Shown in pieces: positions 35,468 through 44,228 of a stretch of 64,000 bases of DNA; position 1 is the stretch's first letter; every line of letters starts with the position of its first letter. The notes below the pieces were generated by a model. The model saw only the letters and a program-made list of their open reading frames with translations, ran no database searches and was not told the origin of the DNA. The stretch comes from an uncultured Leptospirales bacterium. Lineage in GTDB: Bacteria; Spirochaetota; UBA4802; UBA5550. The stretch spans positions 13,135 to 77,134 of the forward strand of contig CAZHNW010000004.1 of the NCBI GenBank assembly GCA_964534225.1. Direction: 5' to 3'. The position numbers and the translations under genes were made by a program.

Positions 35468-36655
35468 TTACCCCCTTTTAAACTCAGCCTTAACTGAGGG
35501 GAGGGTGACCGCGGGCTCACCAAGGGTAAACCCTCCTTCGACCCATTCTTTCAGTATGGCGGCGATTTTTCGCGCCATGGGATAGCTGCTCAGGGGCGCG
35601 GAGGGAACCTTTCTGCCTGCTACCTCGATGGTGCCTGACATCAGGTCCAGGCAGTTGACCTCGCCAAGAACAGTGTCGCGTCCTTCAGGATAGTCCCTGC
35701 CGTAATCGATGACGGGATAGTATATGTCACGGTTTCTTACGCCGGTAAAAAATGCCATCTCCTCGTTGATAATGGGGATGGGGATACCGACACCCACCAT
35801 CAGGCTTGTCCCGTAGCCGGTAATGGATGCGCCGCGGATAAAATCCGTGCTCATTTCCTTCATGTCTCCGGTGACGGCGATAGTGCCCGCGCCTTCACGG
35901 GGAACGCCATTTTCGCCCCTCGTCGAGCCAGGGGCGTGCTGTGTGCCGTGCCATGTTACCGCGCCGGCGGCGCCGCCGAGAAAGATTCGCGTACCGCTGC
36001 CGATGGTCCAGTAGTAGGGGTCGTTCATCAGGGGTGAGAGTTCCCCCGCGCTGCTGTAGGTGGCGTTCTGCAGGCCCGGTTTCAGGATGCCCATGTAGGT
36101 ATAGACAGTGCGGCTGGTGGCGTTGACAGCGCAGTTGTATCCCTGGTATGAGTTGCGTGGGTTGTAGAGAAAGGCGTTTCTCAGGTCGTTAATGGTAATG
36201 GTTTTTTCGATTTCTTTCAGGGGATAACAGTCAGTCCCGTAAGACTCGGCGCGAAATTTCAGTTCACGGCCCGCGATGAGGTCTTCAATGACATGACCCC
36301 CGCCATATTTGAACTCGCCCGGATGAACGGCGTTGAGGGGGTCTCCCGCTTTGACCTGGGTGGCGCCGAGAAAACAGTCAACGGCGGCGACTGCGCCATA
36401 GGCGAGAACGTCGTTGAACCAGACATTGTTGGCCCTGATTTTCGGTTTCGTGTGGCCGAAATTTATGAATGCACCTGAGGAACACATGGTGCCGAAGGTG
36501 CCGGTTGTTACGACATCTACCTTTTCGAAGGCTTTTTTTGTTCCTTCTGATTCGACGATACGGGGCATTTCCTCGGCGGTGACCACCACGGCGCTGCCTT
36601 TGCGTATCTTTTCGTTTATTTCCTGGTAGCTCTTTTTGACTTCAATATCAGGCAT
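35468..36655 (-). CDS. COG1900/DUF39 homocysteine-biosynthesis (sulfur-incorporation) protein
   Basis: VDVVTTGTFGTMCSSGAFINFGH and the Gly-rich core match the DUF39 family. That family is implicated in sulfide-dependent homocysteine synthesis in methanogens and anaerobic bacteria. Confidence 0.65.
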   Translation of the reverse strand: MPDIEVKKSYQEINEKIRKGSAVVVTAEEMPRIVESEGTKKAFEKVDVVTTGTFGTMCSSGAFINFGHTKPKIRANNVWFNDVLAYGAVAAVDCFLGATQVKAGDPLNAVHPGEFKYGGGHVIEDLIAGRELKFRAESYGTDCYPLKEIEKTITINDLRNAFLYNPRNSYQGYNCAVNATSRTVYTYMGILKPGLQNATYSSAGELSPLMNDPYYWTIGSGTRIFLGGAAGAVTWHGTQHAPGSTRGENGVPREGAGTIAVTGDMKEMSTDFIRGASITGYGTSLMVGVGIPIPIINEEMAFFTGVRNRDIYYPVIDYGRDYPEGRDTVLGEVNCLDLMSGTIEVAGRKVPSAPLSSYPMARKIAAILKEWVEGGFTLGEPAVTLPSVKAEFKRG

Positions 36656-36938
36656 TAACGTACCTCGTTGATTCTTCTTTCTTTTTTTGTTTTTTGCGGG
36701 GAAGTTTTTTCTCCTCTCAAGCCCGCGGTCTTTCCGGTGTATCCTCTGACCCGTGTGTTTCCTGTATGGTCACGGGAGGGCACCCCCGGCAGGGACAGAT
36801 TCTTTCAGTGTCATATGAACAGACGGGGCTGATTTTAACAAGAAAATTATTACCGAAACATTACTCAAAATGAATAGTATGATGAAGTGCGGCCGGGCAT
36901 TTGACTTGACTTTTCAGGTTCAATGCCCCCGTGTGTAG
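36656..36938 (-). promoter_or_regulatory. Long GC-rich structured 5' leader of the homocysteine operon (candidate riboswitch or attenuator; class unassigned)
   Basis: About 280 nt without ORFs. Multiple GC inverted repeats (cccgtg…cacggg, gcggg…cccgc, gccggggg). No match to the SAM-I core that I can see. Confidence 0.3.
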
Positions 36939-38222
36939 ATGATCATATTTAGATTTCCCGGGAGAAAAAAATACCGGGCAAATAAAAAATATGATCTGCC
37001 ATCAACTGGAATACAGGAGGAATTCTTCGTGAAAAAGATTCTGCCAGGTATATTGTTATTATTTGTTTTTTCCTTTTCACTCGGCTGTGCAAGTGTAGAT
37101 ACGCTGGTAGAGGGGAAAAAGTTCAAAAAAGCGGACAGGTATTGTAACGACAAATCCGGGAAGGAAAAAAGAACCTGTTACCGTACAGTGGGGGACTCGT
37201 ACTACAAGTACGGTCATTACGCGAAAGCCCTCAAATTCTATAAAAAATCCCGCAGCTACAAAAAGCAGCGCATGGCCCGTTCACGGCTTGGAGATGCCGC
37301 CTTCGAAAAGTCGAATTATTTTACCGCTCTCCGGTACTACAAAGACGCCGGGGACAGGGATGGGCAAAGAAAAGCCCATGATAAGATTGCCGACAAATAT
37401 TATGGTGAAGAGAAATTTATCCTTGCCGCCATGTATTACAAAAAATCGAAAAATACTGAAAAGTACCGGGAATGTAATAATCTCCTGGGAAACAGGTATC
37501 TTGAAGAGAAAAAGTATCTCCTTGCCGCATCCTATTTCGGGAAAGCTGATAATTCTGAAAAAGAAAAGGAAGCCTATCTCTTTGCGGGAGATATCGCTTA
37601 TAAAGACAGGGAATATGAGAAGGCCTCCCGATACTATATGAAGGCGGGGGACGAAAGAAAAGAGAAAAAGGTAAACACCATTCTGGCAAACCGGTTTTAT
37701 CGCGAAAAGGATTACCGCAAGGCGGCATTATACTATAAAAAAACCGGTAATGAAAAAAAAGAGAAGTGGTCATACTACAAGCTGGCCGGCAAATACTATA
37801 AAGATAAGAATTATCTCATGGCCTCCATCTATTATAAAAAATCAGGAAACGAAGCAAAGGCGAAATATGCTAAAAAGCAGTATGAGAAATCCACAAAAAA
37901 TGTCGGCCTGGTAACAAACCTTATCTACAGTTATCTAAATCGAAATATTTATTCATTGAAATACCGCCACAACCAGAAAAGATTTTATAACTACCTGGCA
38001 GGTCTTGAAAAAAAATATGGCACCGTTACGGTCTACAAGGGACTTAAGAACGCCCGTATCAGGGTCTCGTCTCAGGTTCTGGCCATCCTGGCGCCGGCCA
38101 TGAAGAGTTACAATCGCACACGGTCAACGTATGCACTCAAGAGGGCTAACAGGCGGGCTGCACGGTACACGGCAATGGGAAAGGTTCTTGACGTTGTCCT
38201 GAAATCGATGAAAAAGAAATAG
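36939..38222 (+). CDS. Lipoprotein with about nine tandem 28-32-aa Tyr/Lys-rich repeats (YYKKSGN…EK motif); likely start at GTG about 37029
   Basis: Signal peptide and lipobox LLLFVFSFSLGC. Periodic repeats A..YYKK(S/T)(G/K)N.EK…Y.. read directly from the translation. Confidence 0.6.
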   Translation: MIIFRFPGRKKYRANKKYDLPSTGIQEEFFVKKILPGILLLFVFSFSLGCASVDTLVEGKKFKKADRYCNDKSGKEKRTCYRTVGDSYYKYGHYAKALKFYKKSRSYKKQRMARSRLGDAAFEKSNYFTALRYYKDAGDRDGQRKAHDKIADKYYGEEKFILAAMYYKKSKNTEKYRECNNLLGNRYLEEKKYLLAASYFGKADNSEKEKEAYLFAGDIAYKDREYEKASRYYMKAGDERKEKKVNTILANRFYREKDYRKAALYYKKTGNEKKEKWSYYKLAGKYYKDKNYLMASIYYKKSGNEAKAKYAKKQYEKSTKNVGLVTNLIYSYLNRNIYSLKYRHNQKRFYNYLAGLEKKYGTVTVYKGLKNARIRVSSQVLAILAPAMKSYNRTRSTYALKRANRRAARYTAMGKVLDVVLKSMKKK

Positions 38223-38464
38223 AACCCGAAACAGGAACCCCCTAAAAGGGGCGGGCAATTTATTTTTAAGCCCCCTTTCAGGAGGGATGATGAGCAGGAT
38301 TTAAAGAGTGTTCTCATGAAATCGGAAAGACTTTCATTTTTTTAATAATTTATTTGCTTTTCCTGAAATTTCCTGTTCAATAGAGTAGAGTCTGCGGGGA
38401 AGTTGCCGGTCTCGTACCGGTATTTCCTGTTTATAATGAAAAACTAATATTCTGGAGTGAACAT

Positions 38465-40141
38465 ATGAGACGAACAGTCTATGTTTTAATTGTATGCGTT
38501 TTTTTTGCAGGCGGCCATGGTGTACGCGGCCAGGGAGCCCTGGAGTCCATGGTGCCTTCTGAGACTCGGGCCTTTTTCCGTACTGCCCCGGTGACAAAGC
38601 TGGTCAGGTCTATTAACACTTTTACCAACACGGCCCTGACGCCTCAGCAGAAAACTGAATTTCTCAAGGATTTTCTGCAGCTGAAAAAGAAAACCGGTAT
38701 TGATATTCTCAACGAAAAGTCACTGAGAGACCTGGGAATCGAAACATCCCTTCCAGTAGGGTTTGCCTATATCGATGCGGGTAAAAAGACAGGCTCAGAG
38801 GGGATGATTGTCTACCTGCCGGTTCATAATGCCAGGACCTTCCCTCTGAAATTAATCAATATTTTAAAAAAGGCAGATAAGGGGAAAAAGAAAGATTTGA
38901 ATCCCGTTATAACCCCCTACCGTAACACCCGTATTTACCAGGTGCAAAAAACATTCATGGGTGCAGTGGGAAGTTATTATTTCCTTACTCCGCGGGGAGA
39001 ACTGGCACGCAGGGTCATCGATATTGCCCGGTCGGGAGAAAAGACACTTGCCTCGGTAAATAATTACCGCACTTTTCTGGAGAAGATTGACCGTGATGCG
39101 GATGCCACTCTGTATATGAACCGTCAGTTTCTTGCCGAAGCAATGATGGGGATACAGAAGGCCTTTATGCAGCCCAAATCCCGCCGCAAAAACAGGCGAA
39201 TGAGAGGGCTGAACGAGAACAATCAGAAAGGGTATCATGTTATTCCCGCCCGGTACAGTGGAGGCACTCCCTACGGCATGAGGGGACGCCATCGAGGGCC
39301 TTCACCCCTTGACGCGGTAGATTTTGCTTCCCTGGCACTCAAACTGCGTTCATCGGGGCTCTCCTTTTCCGTGGGGGCTGAGTTCAATGATTCGAACCCT
39401 CTCTTTACCACACTTCTCGATATCCTGCGCACAGACATGACGGGCTTTTCTCTCTATCCCCCTCTATCTTATATCTGGGGCCATGCCGCTTTTGATCTGA
39501 AGAAACTTGATTCCCTTTGTCCGGGACCTCTTCCCATCTGCGGCCAGTACCGCCAGTTACAGATGCAGATGAAAATGGCGGCGGGGCTCGATTTTAAAAA
39601 AGATGTTCTTCCCGCCATCAGGGGATCAGTCAATGTCATTATGGATACAATGAATATGAATGACATGGTGATATTTTTTCCCACCACCAGTGCCGGCAGT
39701 GGCAGGGCCCTTTATCGAAAGATACAGCGTCACATGAGAAAGACCATGGCTAAAAAACAGGCCTATGGTACCGCCCGGATCGGAGGAAGTCGCTGTTTCT
39801 GGATTCTTGATAAAGGCAGAAAAAAGATTTACTTCCTTAATAATTCAAAGGGGCTCTATGTCTCCAATAATAACCTTTCCCTGAAAAAGGCTTTGAGCTA
39901 TCGGATGGTGCGGCGTGCAGGAGGGAACAGCAGGCTCCTGAAAAAACTGCAGAACAATTATTTTCTCATGGCTTATGTAAAGAAGAATCCTTTCCTCTCG
40001 GGACTGATGGCAACCAGGGCGCCGAAAAAGGAGATTAAGGAGCTGAGCTCAAGTATCGGAGATGTTTATCTTTCAGGGACCCGTAAGGGCAATTATCTCA
40101 ATATTGAAATTGACGTGGATGTAAAACCTGCAATGCGATAA
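38465..40141 (+). CDS. Hypothetical secreted protein (558 aa)
   Basis: Signal peptide MRRTVYVLIVCVFFAGGHG. No recognisable catalytic motif. Followed by a strong terminator. Confidence 0.5.
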   Translation: MRRTVYVLIVCVFFAGGHGVRGQGALESMVPSETRAFFRTAPVTKLVRSINTFTNTALTPQQKTEFLKDFLQLKKKTGIDILNEKSLRDLGIETSLPVGFAYIDAGKKTGSEGMIVYLPVHNARTFPLKLINILKKADKGKKKDLNPVITPYRNTRIYQVQKTFMGAVGSYYFLTPRGELARRVIDIARSGEKTLASVNNYRTFLEKIDRDADATLYMNRQFLAEAMMGIQKAFMQPKSRRKNRRMRGLNENNQKGYHVIPARYSGGTPYGMRGRHRGPSPLDAVDFASLALKLRSSGLSFSVGAEFNDSNPLFTTLLDILRTDMTGFSLYPPLSYIWGHAAFDLKKLDSLCPGPLPICGQYRQLQMQMKMAAGLDFKKDVLPAIRGSVNVIMDTMNMNDMVIFFPTTSAGSGRALYRKIQRHMRKTMAKKQAYGTARIGGSRCFWILDKGRKKIYFLNNSKGLYVSNNNLSLKKALSYRMVRRAGGNSRLLKKLQNNYFLMAYVKKNPFLSGLMATRAPKKEIKELSSSIGDVYLSGTRKGNYLNIEIDVDVKPAMR

Positions 40142-40173
40142 CATTATTTTTTTAATGTATTAGAAATTACCTG

Positions 40174-40216
40174 TCGCCGTTACCGGGCTGGAGCCCGGTA
40201 ACGGCGATTTCTTTTG
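40174..40216 (+). terminator. Intrinsic terminator (tcgccgttaccgggct gga gcccggtaacggcga + tttctttt)
   Basis: 16-bp perfect stem, 3-nt loop and a U-tract, read directly from the sequence. Confidence 0.85.
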
Positions 40217-40241
40217 TAAGATTTTTCAAAGGACTTATGCT

Positions 40242-41177
40242 ATGAAATATTTATTCGGCCCCGTTAATTCCCGGCGTCTGGGCATCTCCCTCGGTATCGA
40301 CCTGGTCCCCCATAAAACCTGCAGCCTTGACTGTGTCTATTGCGAGTGCGGTGTTACCACGAACCTGACAACGGAACTCCGGGAATATGTTCCCACCGTC
40401 GAAGTGATAGATGAACTCGATAAATATCTGAAGGAAGGCCCCCGGCTCGATGTGCTCACCTTTTCCGGTTCCGGGGAGCCAACCCTTCACAGCGGTCTGG
40501 GGGAAGTCGCCCGGTTTCTGAAGGAGAGGTACCCGCAGTACCCCCTCTGTGTTCTCACCAACGGCACACTCCTCTATAAAAAGGAAGTGCGCGATGCCCT
40601 GATGCATGTCGATACCGTGGTCCCCTCCCTGGATGCGGTCACGCCTGGTGCGTTTAAAAAAATGTGCCGTCCCGCCCCGGGCCTTGATCCTGAAGAAATC
40701 GTGAAGGGGCTGGAGACATTCAAAAAAGATTATAAAGGCAGGATTCTGCTGGAAGTTTTTCTCGTTCCCGGAGTCAACGATACTGATGAGGAGCTTGCCC
40801 TTCTGCGGCAGGCGGCCCTCAGGATAAAACCTGACCTGGTACAGCTCAACCGCCTTGACCGTCCCGGTACCGTGGACTGGGTAGAGCCATTTCCCTGGGA
40901 TGAATTTCTTCGTGTTAAGGATTTTCTTTTTCCCCTGGCCGTGGAAGTTATCGGTAAACCTGATCCCAACAGAAAGGTCCCCGCGTCGGTAAAGGAGCAG
41001 CTTGACATGATAAAGTCAATCCTGCGGCGGCGTCCCTCAACAGTAGAAGACCTGGCGCACATGCTGGGCCTGCGTCATGTTGAGGTGCAGAAACTTATGC
41101 GGCAGATAGAGAATGAAGGCACCCTGGCCAGGGAGGAAATGGAGAGGGGTGTCTTTTATCATCTCAAGGATATCTGA
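40242..41177 (+). CDS. Radical SAM domain protein
   Basis: CSLDCVYCEC (CxxxCxxC) near the N-terminus. The GSGEPTL glycine-rich SAM motif. Confidence 0.7.
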   Translation: MKYLFGPVNSRRLGISLGIDLVPHKTCSLDCVYCECGVTTNLTTELREYVPTVEVIDELDKYLKEGPRLDVLTFSGSGEPTLHSGLGEVARFLKERYPQYPLCVLTNGTLLYKKEVRDALMHVDTVVPSLDAVTPGAFKKMCRPAPGLDPEEIVKGLETFKKDYKGRILLEVFLVPGVNDTDEELALLRQAALRIKPDLVQLNRLDRPGTVDWVEPFPWDEFLRVKDFLFPLAVEVIGKPDPNRKVPASVKEQLDMIKSILRRRPSTVEDLAHMLGLRHVEVQKLMRQIENEGTLAREEMERGVFYHLKDI

Positions 41178-41213
41178 AAAGGTGTTTCGGCGAAGAGGTA
41201 AAACAGAAAAGTC

Positions 41214-41891
41214 TCAATGAATCATGGGAATAAGAATGCGGGCATAGGTCTTGTTGTCCCTGTCCGTGGTTACCATGAAGTTTTTGTGAGAGATGTCGAT
41301 ATTTTTCAAAAGAACCACGATCATGGAAAGGCCCAGGCCCATACCTTCAGCTTCGGGGTCGGGGTTTTCCATGTAAAACTCTGCGATGTTATCATATTTT
41401 GATGACTGTTCAATTTTGCGGGATATCTTTGTCAGCTCCTTTTCCGTCAGGGGGATGTTGTTAATGACCTCAACTATCAGGTTTTTGTTCTGAACCTTCA
41501 GGTAGATCCGGGTGCTGAGGCGTTTCTCCTTGGCCTTGATGCCGTATTCGAGAAGGGCATCCTCGTTCAGTATTGACCTGATTTCCTTTACCACCTGGAC
41601 AGGGTCATCAGGGTTGGTAATCTTCCCCTCATCGATGAGAATTTTTTTCGCGTTTGCCTTGGTGGCATTGGCAATGAGTTCCTTGATGCAACTGAGGACA
41701 GGGGTAAATATCTCCTGGCGGTTGAACCCTTCGAGGATTTTCAGCAGGGTAAACTTGATTTTTTCTTCGGTATCTTCGATGGCTGAATAGGTGACAAAGA
41801 CAATATCATCGCCGTTTTTGATGGCAGTGATGACATTACGCTGAAAATCGCGTTTTATATCTACTTTCTGAAGGGTATCGGCTGGTATCAT
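41214..41891 (-). CDS. GHKL (histidine-kinase-like) ATPase domain protein, paralogue of the N-terminal module of the 57296..58849 protein
   Basis: IKELIANATKANAKK (N-box-like) and EGMGLGLSMIVVLLKN (G2 box). Alignable block by block with the 57296..58849 protein. Confidence 0.55.
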   Translation of the reverse strand: MIPADTLQKVDIKRDFQRNVITAIKNGDDIVFVTYSAIEDTEEKIKFTLLKILEGFNRQEIFTPVLSCIKELIANATKANAKKILIDEGKITNPDDPVQVVKEIRSILNEDALLEYGIKAKEKRLSTRIYLKVQNKNLIVEVINNIPLTEKELTKISRKIEQSSKYDNIAEFYMENPDPEAEGMGLGLSMIVVLLKNIDISHKNFMVTTDRDNKTYARILIPMIH

Positions 41892-42250
41892 TACTGCTCA
41901 GACTCTCCGGGAAAAGGCATTTTTGCTACCGTCTGTTTATTAATTACGGTACCAGAATAGATATAGAATAAAAAAATTTTCAAGTAGAAAAAATATATGG
42001 TTTAAATAGACTATAAAATTATTTTTTCTGGTATTATAAAGGTAGATATGCAATAAAAGTACTACTGTATGGTCTCTGTGTATTTTCCTGGTACATTTAG
42101 TTTATTGCCTGCTGGAGTTAGAGATAAAAATGCTTTCGGTATTGTTTCAGGCAATAATGCGATATTGTGGAGTAATTATGGCGATACAGGTTTCCTGAAT
42201 AAGGGAGAAATGCGGGTTAAATATGGTAATGTTACTACAGAGGTTTATAT

Positions 42251-43132
42251 ATGATTGAATCGATTTTTCCTTCCTTCCCTGCGCTGCTGACTCTCATGGC
42301 AATAGGTCTTTTTTTCGGCCTTATTCTTTCGATAGCAAAATTGAAACTTGCAGTTGAAAGAGACCCGAAAATTGAACTGGTCAATGATGCCCTGCCGGGA
42401 GCAAACTGCGGTGCCTGCGGTTTGCCGGGATGTCAGGCCTATGCCACGAAAATCGTGGAGGAGCAGTATGATATAAGTCTCTGCCCCGTGGGGGGTGACG
42501 AGACAATTCAGAAAATTGCCGCCATACTCGGCATGGAGGCAGTGGAGAGCGCTGTTCATATGACGGCACGTGTGCACTGCCAGGGGGGGGACAGTGCTGT
42601 CACACGTTTTACCTATAACGGCCCCCAGAGCTGCAGTGCCGCGGCAGGTATCATGGGAGGCCACAAGGTCTGTGAATACGGCTGTCTCGGTCTCGGCGAC
42701 TGTACACAGGTCTGTCCCTTTGATGCTATCCACATGGGGGATAAGGGGCTCCCCGTTGTTATCAGGGAGCGGTGTACCGGTTGTAATAACTGTGTTGATG
42801 TCTGTCCCCGGGATATTATTTCCCTGGTGCCTGACACAATAGACGTTCATGTCATGTGCCTGAATGAAGAAAAGGGCCCGGTCATGAAAAAGGGCTGTCC
42901 CGTGGGATGTATCGGCTGTAAACTCTGTGAAAAAAACTGTCCCGTAGAGGCCATCAAGGTCATTGATTTCCGCGCTGTTATTGACTATGATAAGTGTACC
43001 AACTGCCTCACCTGCGCAGAGGTCTGCCCCGTACCGGTAATCGATCCCGTAGAGGTATCGAAAAAGTATAAGAAGGCACAGCAGAAAAAAAATGAAGAAA
43101 AAGCTGAAGCTGAATACGTGAAGGCTGAATGA
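42251..43132 (+). CDS. RnfB-like Fe-S protein / polyferredoxin (N-terminal TM helix + RnfB-type cysteine cluster + several 4Fe-4S ferredoxin motifs)
   Basis: LPGANCGACGLPGCQAYATKIVEEQYDISLCPVGG matches the RnfB N-terminal cluster. Multiple CxxCxxCxxxCP motifs follow. Confidence 0.7.
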   Translation: MIESIFPSFPALLTLMAIGLFFGLILSIAKLKLAVERDPKIELVNDALPGANCGACGLPGCQAYATKIVEEQYDISLCPVGGDETIQKIAAILGMEAVESAVHMTARVHCQGGDSAVTRFTYNGPQSCSAAAGIMGGHKVCEYGCLGLGDCTQVCPFDAIHMGDKGLPVVIRERCTGCNNCVDVCPRDIISLVPDTIDVHVMCLNEEKGPVMKKGCPVGCIGCKLCEKNCPVEAIKVIDFRAVIDYDKCTNCLTCAEVCPVPVIDPVEVSKKYKKAQQKKNEEKAEAEYVKAE

Positions 43133-44145
43133 AATCAATCTATGACATGAATGGCCGCGAAAAGGCTGCCGCACTGATGGTGGCACTGGGGCCTTCTATC
43201 GCCGCTGATATTATACAACATCTCGACGAGGAGAGTATTGAAACGATCTCACTGGAGATGGCTCGTATACAGAATCTTTCCCCTGAAGAGCGAGAGGACC
43301 TCATTGGCGATTTCATGATCTCCCTGCGAAAGGAGGGAAAACGTCTCGCAGGGGGGACCCTGCATGCCCGGGATTTTCTTGTTGATACACTGGGAGAGGA
43401 AAGGGCCGATGAGATTATCAACCGTCTCCCTCCCGTTAATGTAGATAAGGAATTTTCCTTTCTCCATGAACTGGAACCGGATGTTATTAACCTGCTGCTG
43501 AAGGATGAGATGCCGCAGGTCATTACCCTTACCATGACATACCTTCCTTCCCATCTCTCCGCAAGGGTTCTGGAAGGGCTTCCCCGGGACAGCGCGAAGG
43601 ATATCGCCATACGTATGGCAAAGATGGCAAATGTTGTTCCCGAGGCTGCGGTTGAAGTGGCGCGGGCACTGAAAAAGCGGTACCGGAAATTTTTGCAGGA
43701 TGGCGGTATTGGAAATGAAACGGAGGGACTTAATTCTCTCATTACTATCCTGGGGCATATGAGCGGAGAGGGAGAGAGAAGTATTCTTAAAGAACTTGAC
43801 CGTTCCATGCCTGATCTTTCTGAACGGATACGTGACGAAATGGTCTCCTTTGAAAAGGTTGTACTGCTTTCCAACCAGGATGTGAGAGTCCTTATCGATG
43901 AAGTCGCTGATGATTCACTCCTGGCGCGAGCCCTGAAGGGTGCCGGGGATGATATACGTTTCAAGTTTATCAGAAATATGAGTCAGAACAGGGCGACGGA
44001 TATTCTTACAGAAATGGACACCCTGGGGCCAGTACGGCTCAGTGAGGTTGAAGAATGCCGTGGAATAATTACGGGAAGAATGCGTAATCTTCATGATAAC
44101 GGGATTATTTATTTCCGTAGAGAAGGAGAGACCTATGTCGGTTAA
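43129..44145 (+). CDS. fliG: Flagellar motor switch protein FliG (possibly a paralogue, FliG2-like)
   Basis: N-terminal REKAAALMVALGPSIAADIIQHLDEE and C-terminal MSQNRATDILTEMDTLGPVRLSEVEE match FliG signatures. The start overlaps the upstream gene as ATGA. Confidence 0.75.
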   Translation: MKSIYDMNGREKAAALMVALGPSIAADIIQHLDEESIETISLEMARIQNLSPEEREDLIGDFMISLRKEGKRLAGGTLHARDFLVDTLGEERADEIINRLPPVNVDKEFSFLHELEPDVINLLLKDEMPQVITLTMTYLPSHLSARVLEGLPRDSAKDIAIRMAKMANVVPEAAVEVARALKKRYRKFLQDGGIGNETEGLNSLITILGHMSGEGERSILKELDRSMPDLSERIRDEMVSFEKVVLLSNQDVRVLIDEVADDSLLARALKGAGDDIRFKFIRNMSQNRATDILTEMDTLGPVRLSEVEECRGIITGRMRNLHDNGIIYFRREGETYVG

Positions 44146-44228
44146 AGGACCTGAGAGAAAACCGGCATGAATAGAAGTTTTGAAAAAATGTTATCAAAAT
44201 ACGAATTGTAGATACGAAAGAGAGGAAA

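Noticed and set aside
36656-36938. SAM-I (S-box) riboswitch upstream of the homocysteine operon
   Set aside because: I could not find the conserved SAM-I core elements (GCAACC junction, GGGA/AGA kink-turn context) or a SAM-II-like pseudoknot. Kept only as an unclassified structured leader.
42245-43964. Long minus-strand ORFs (313 aa, 274 aa, 169 aa) antisense to the RnfB-like and fliG genes
   Set aside because: The sense-strand genes have diagnostic motifs (RnfB Cys cluster, FliG signatures). The antisense ORFs are low-complexity Ser/Arg-rich.
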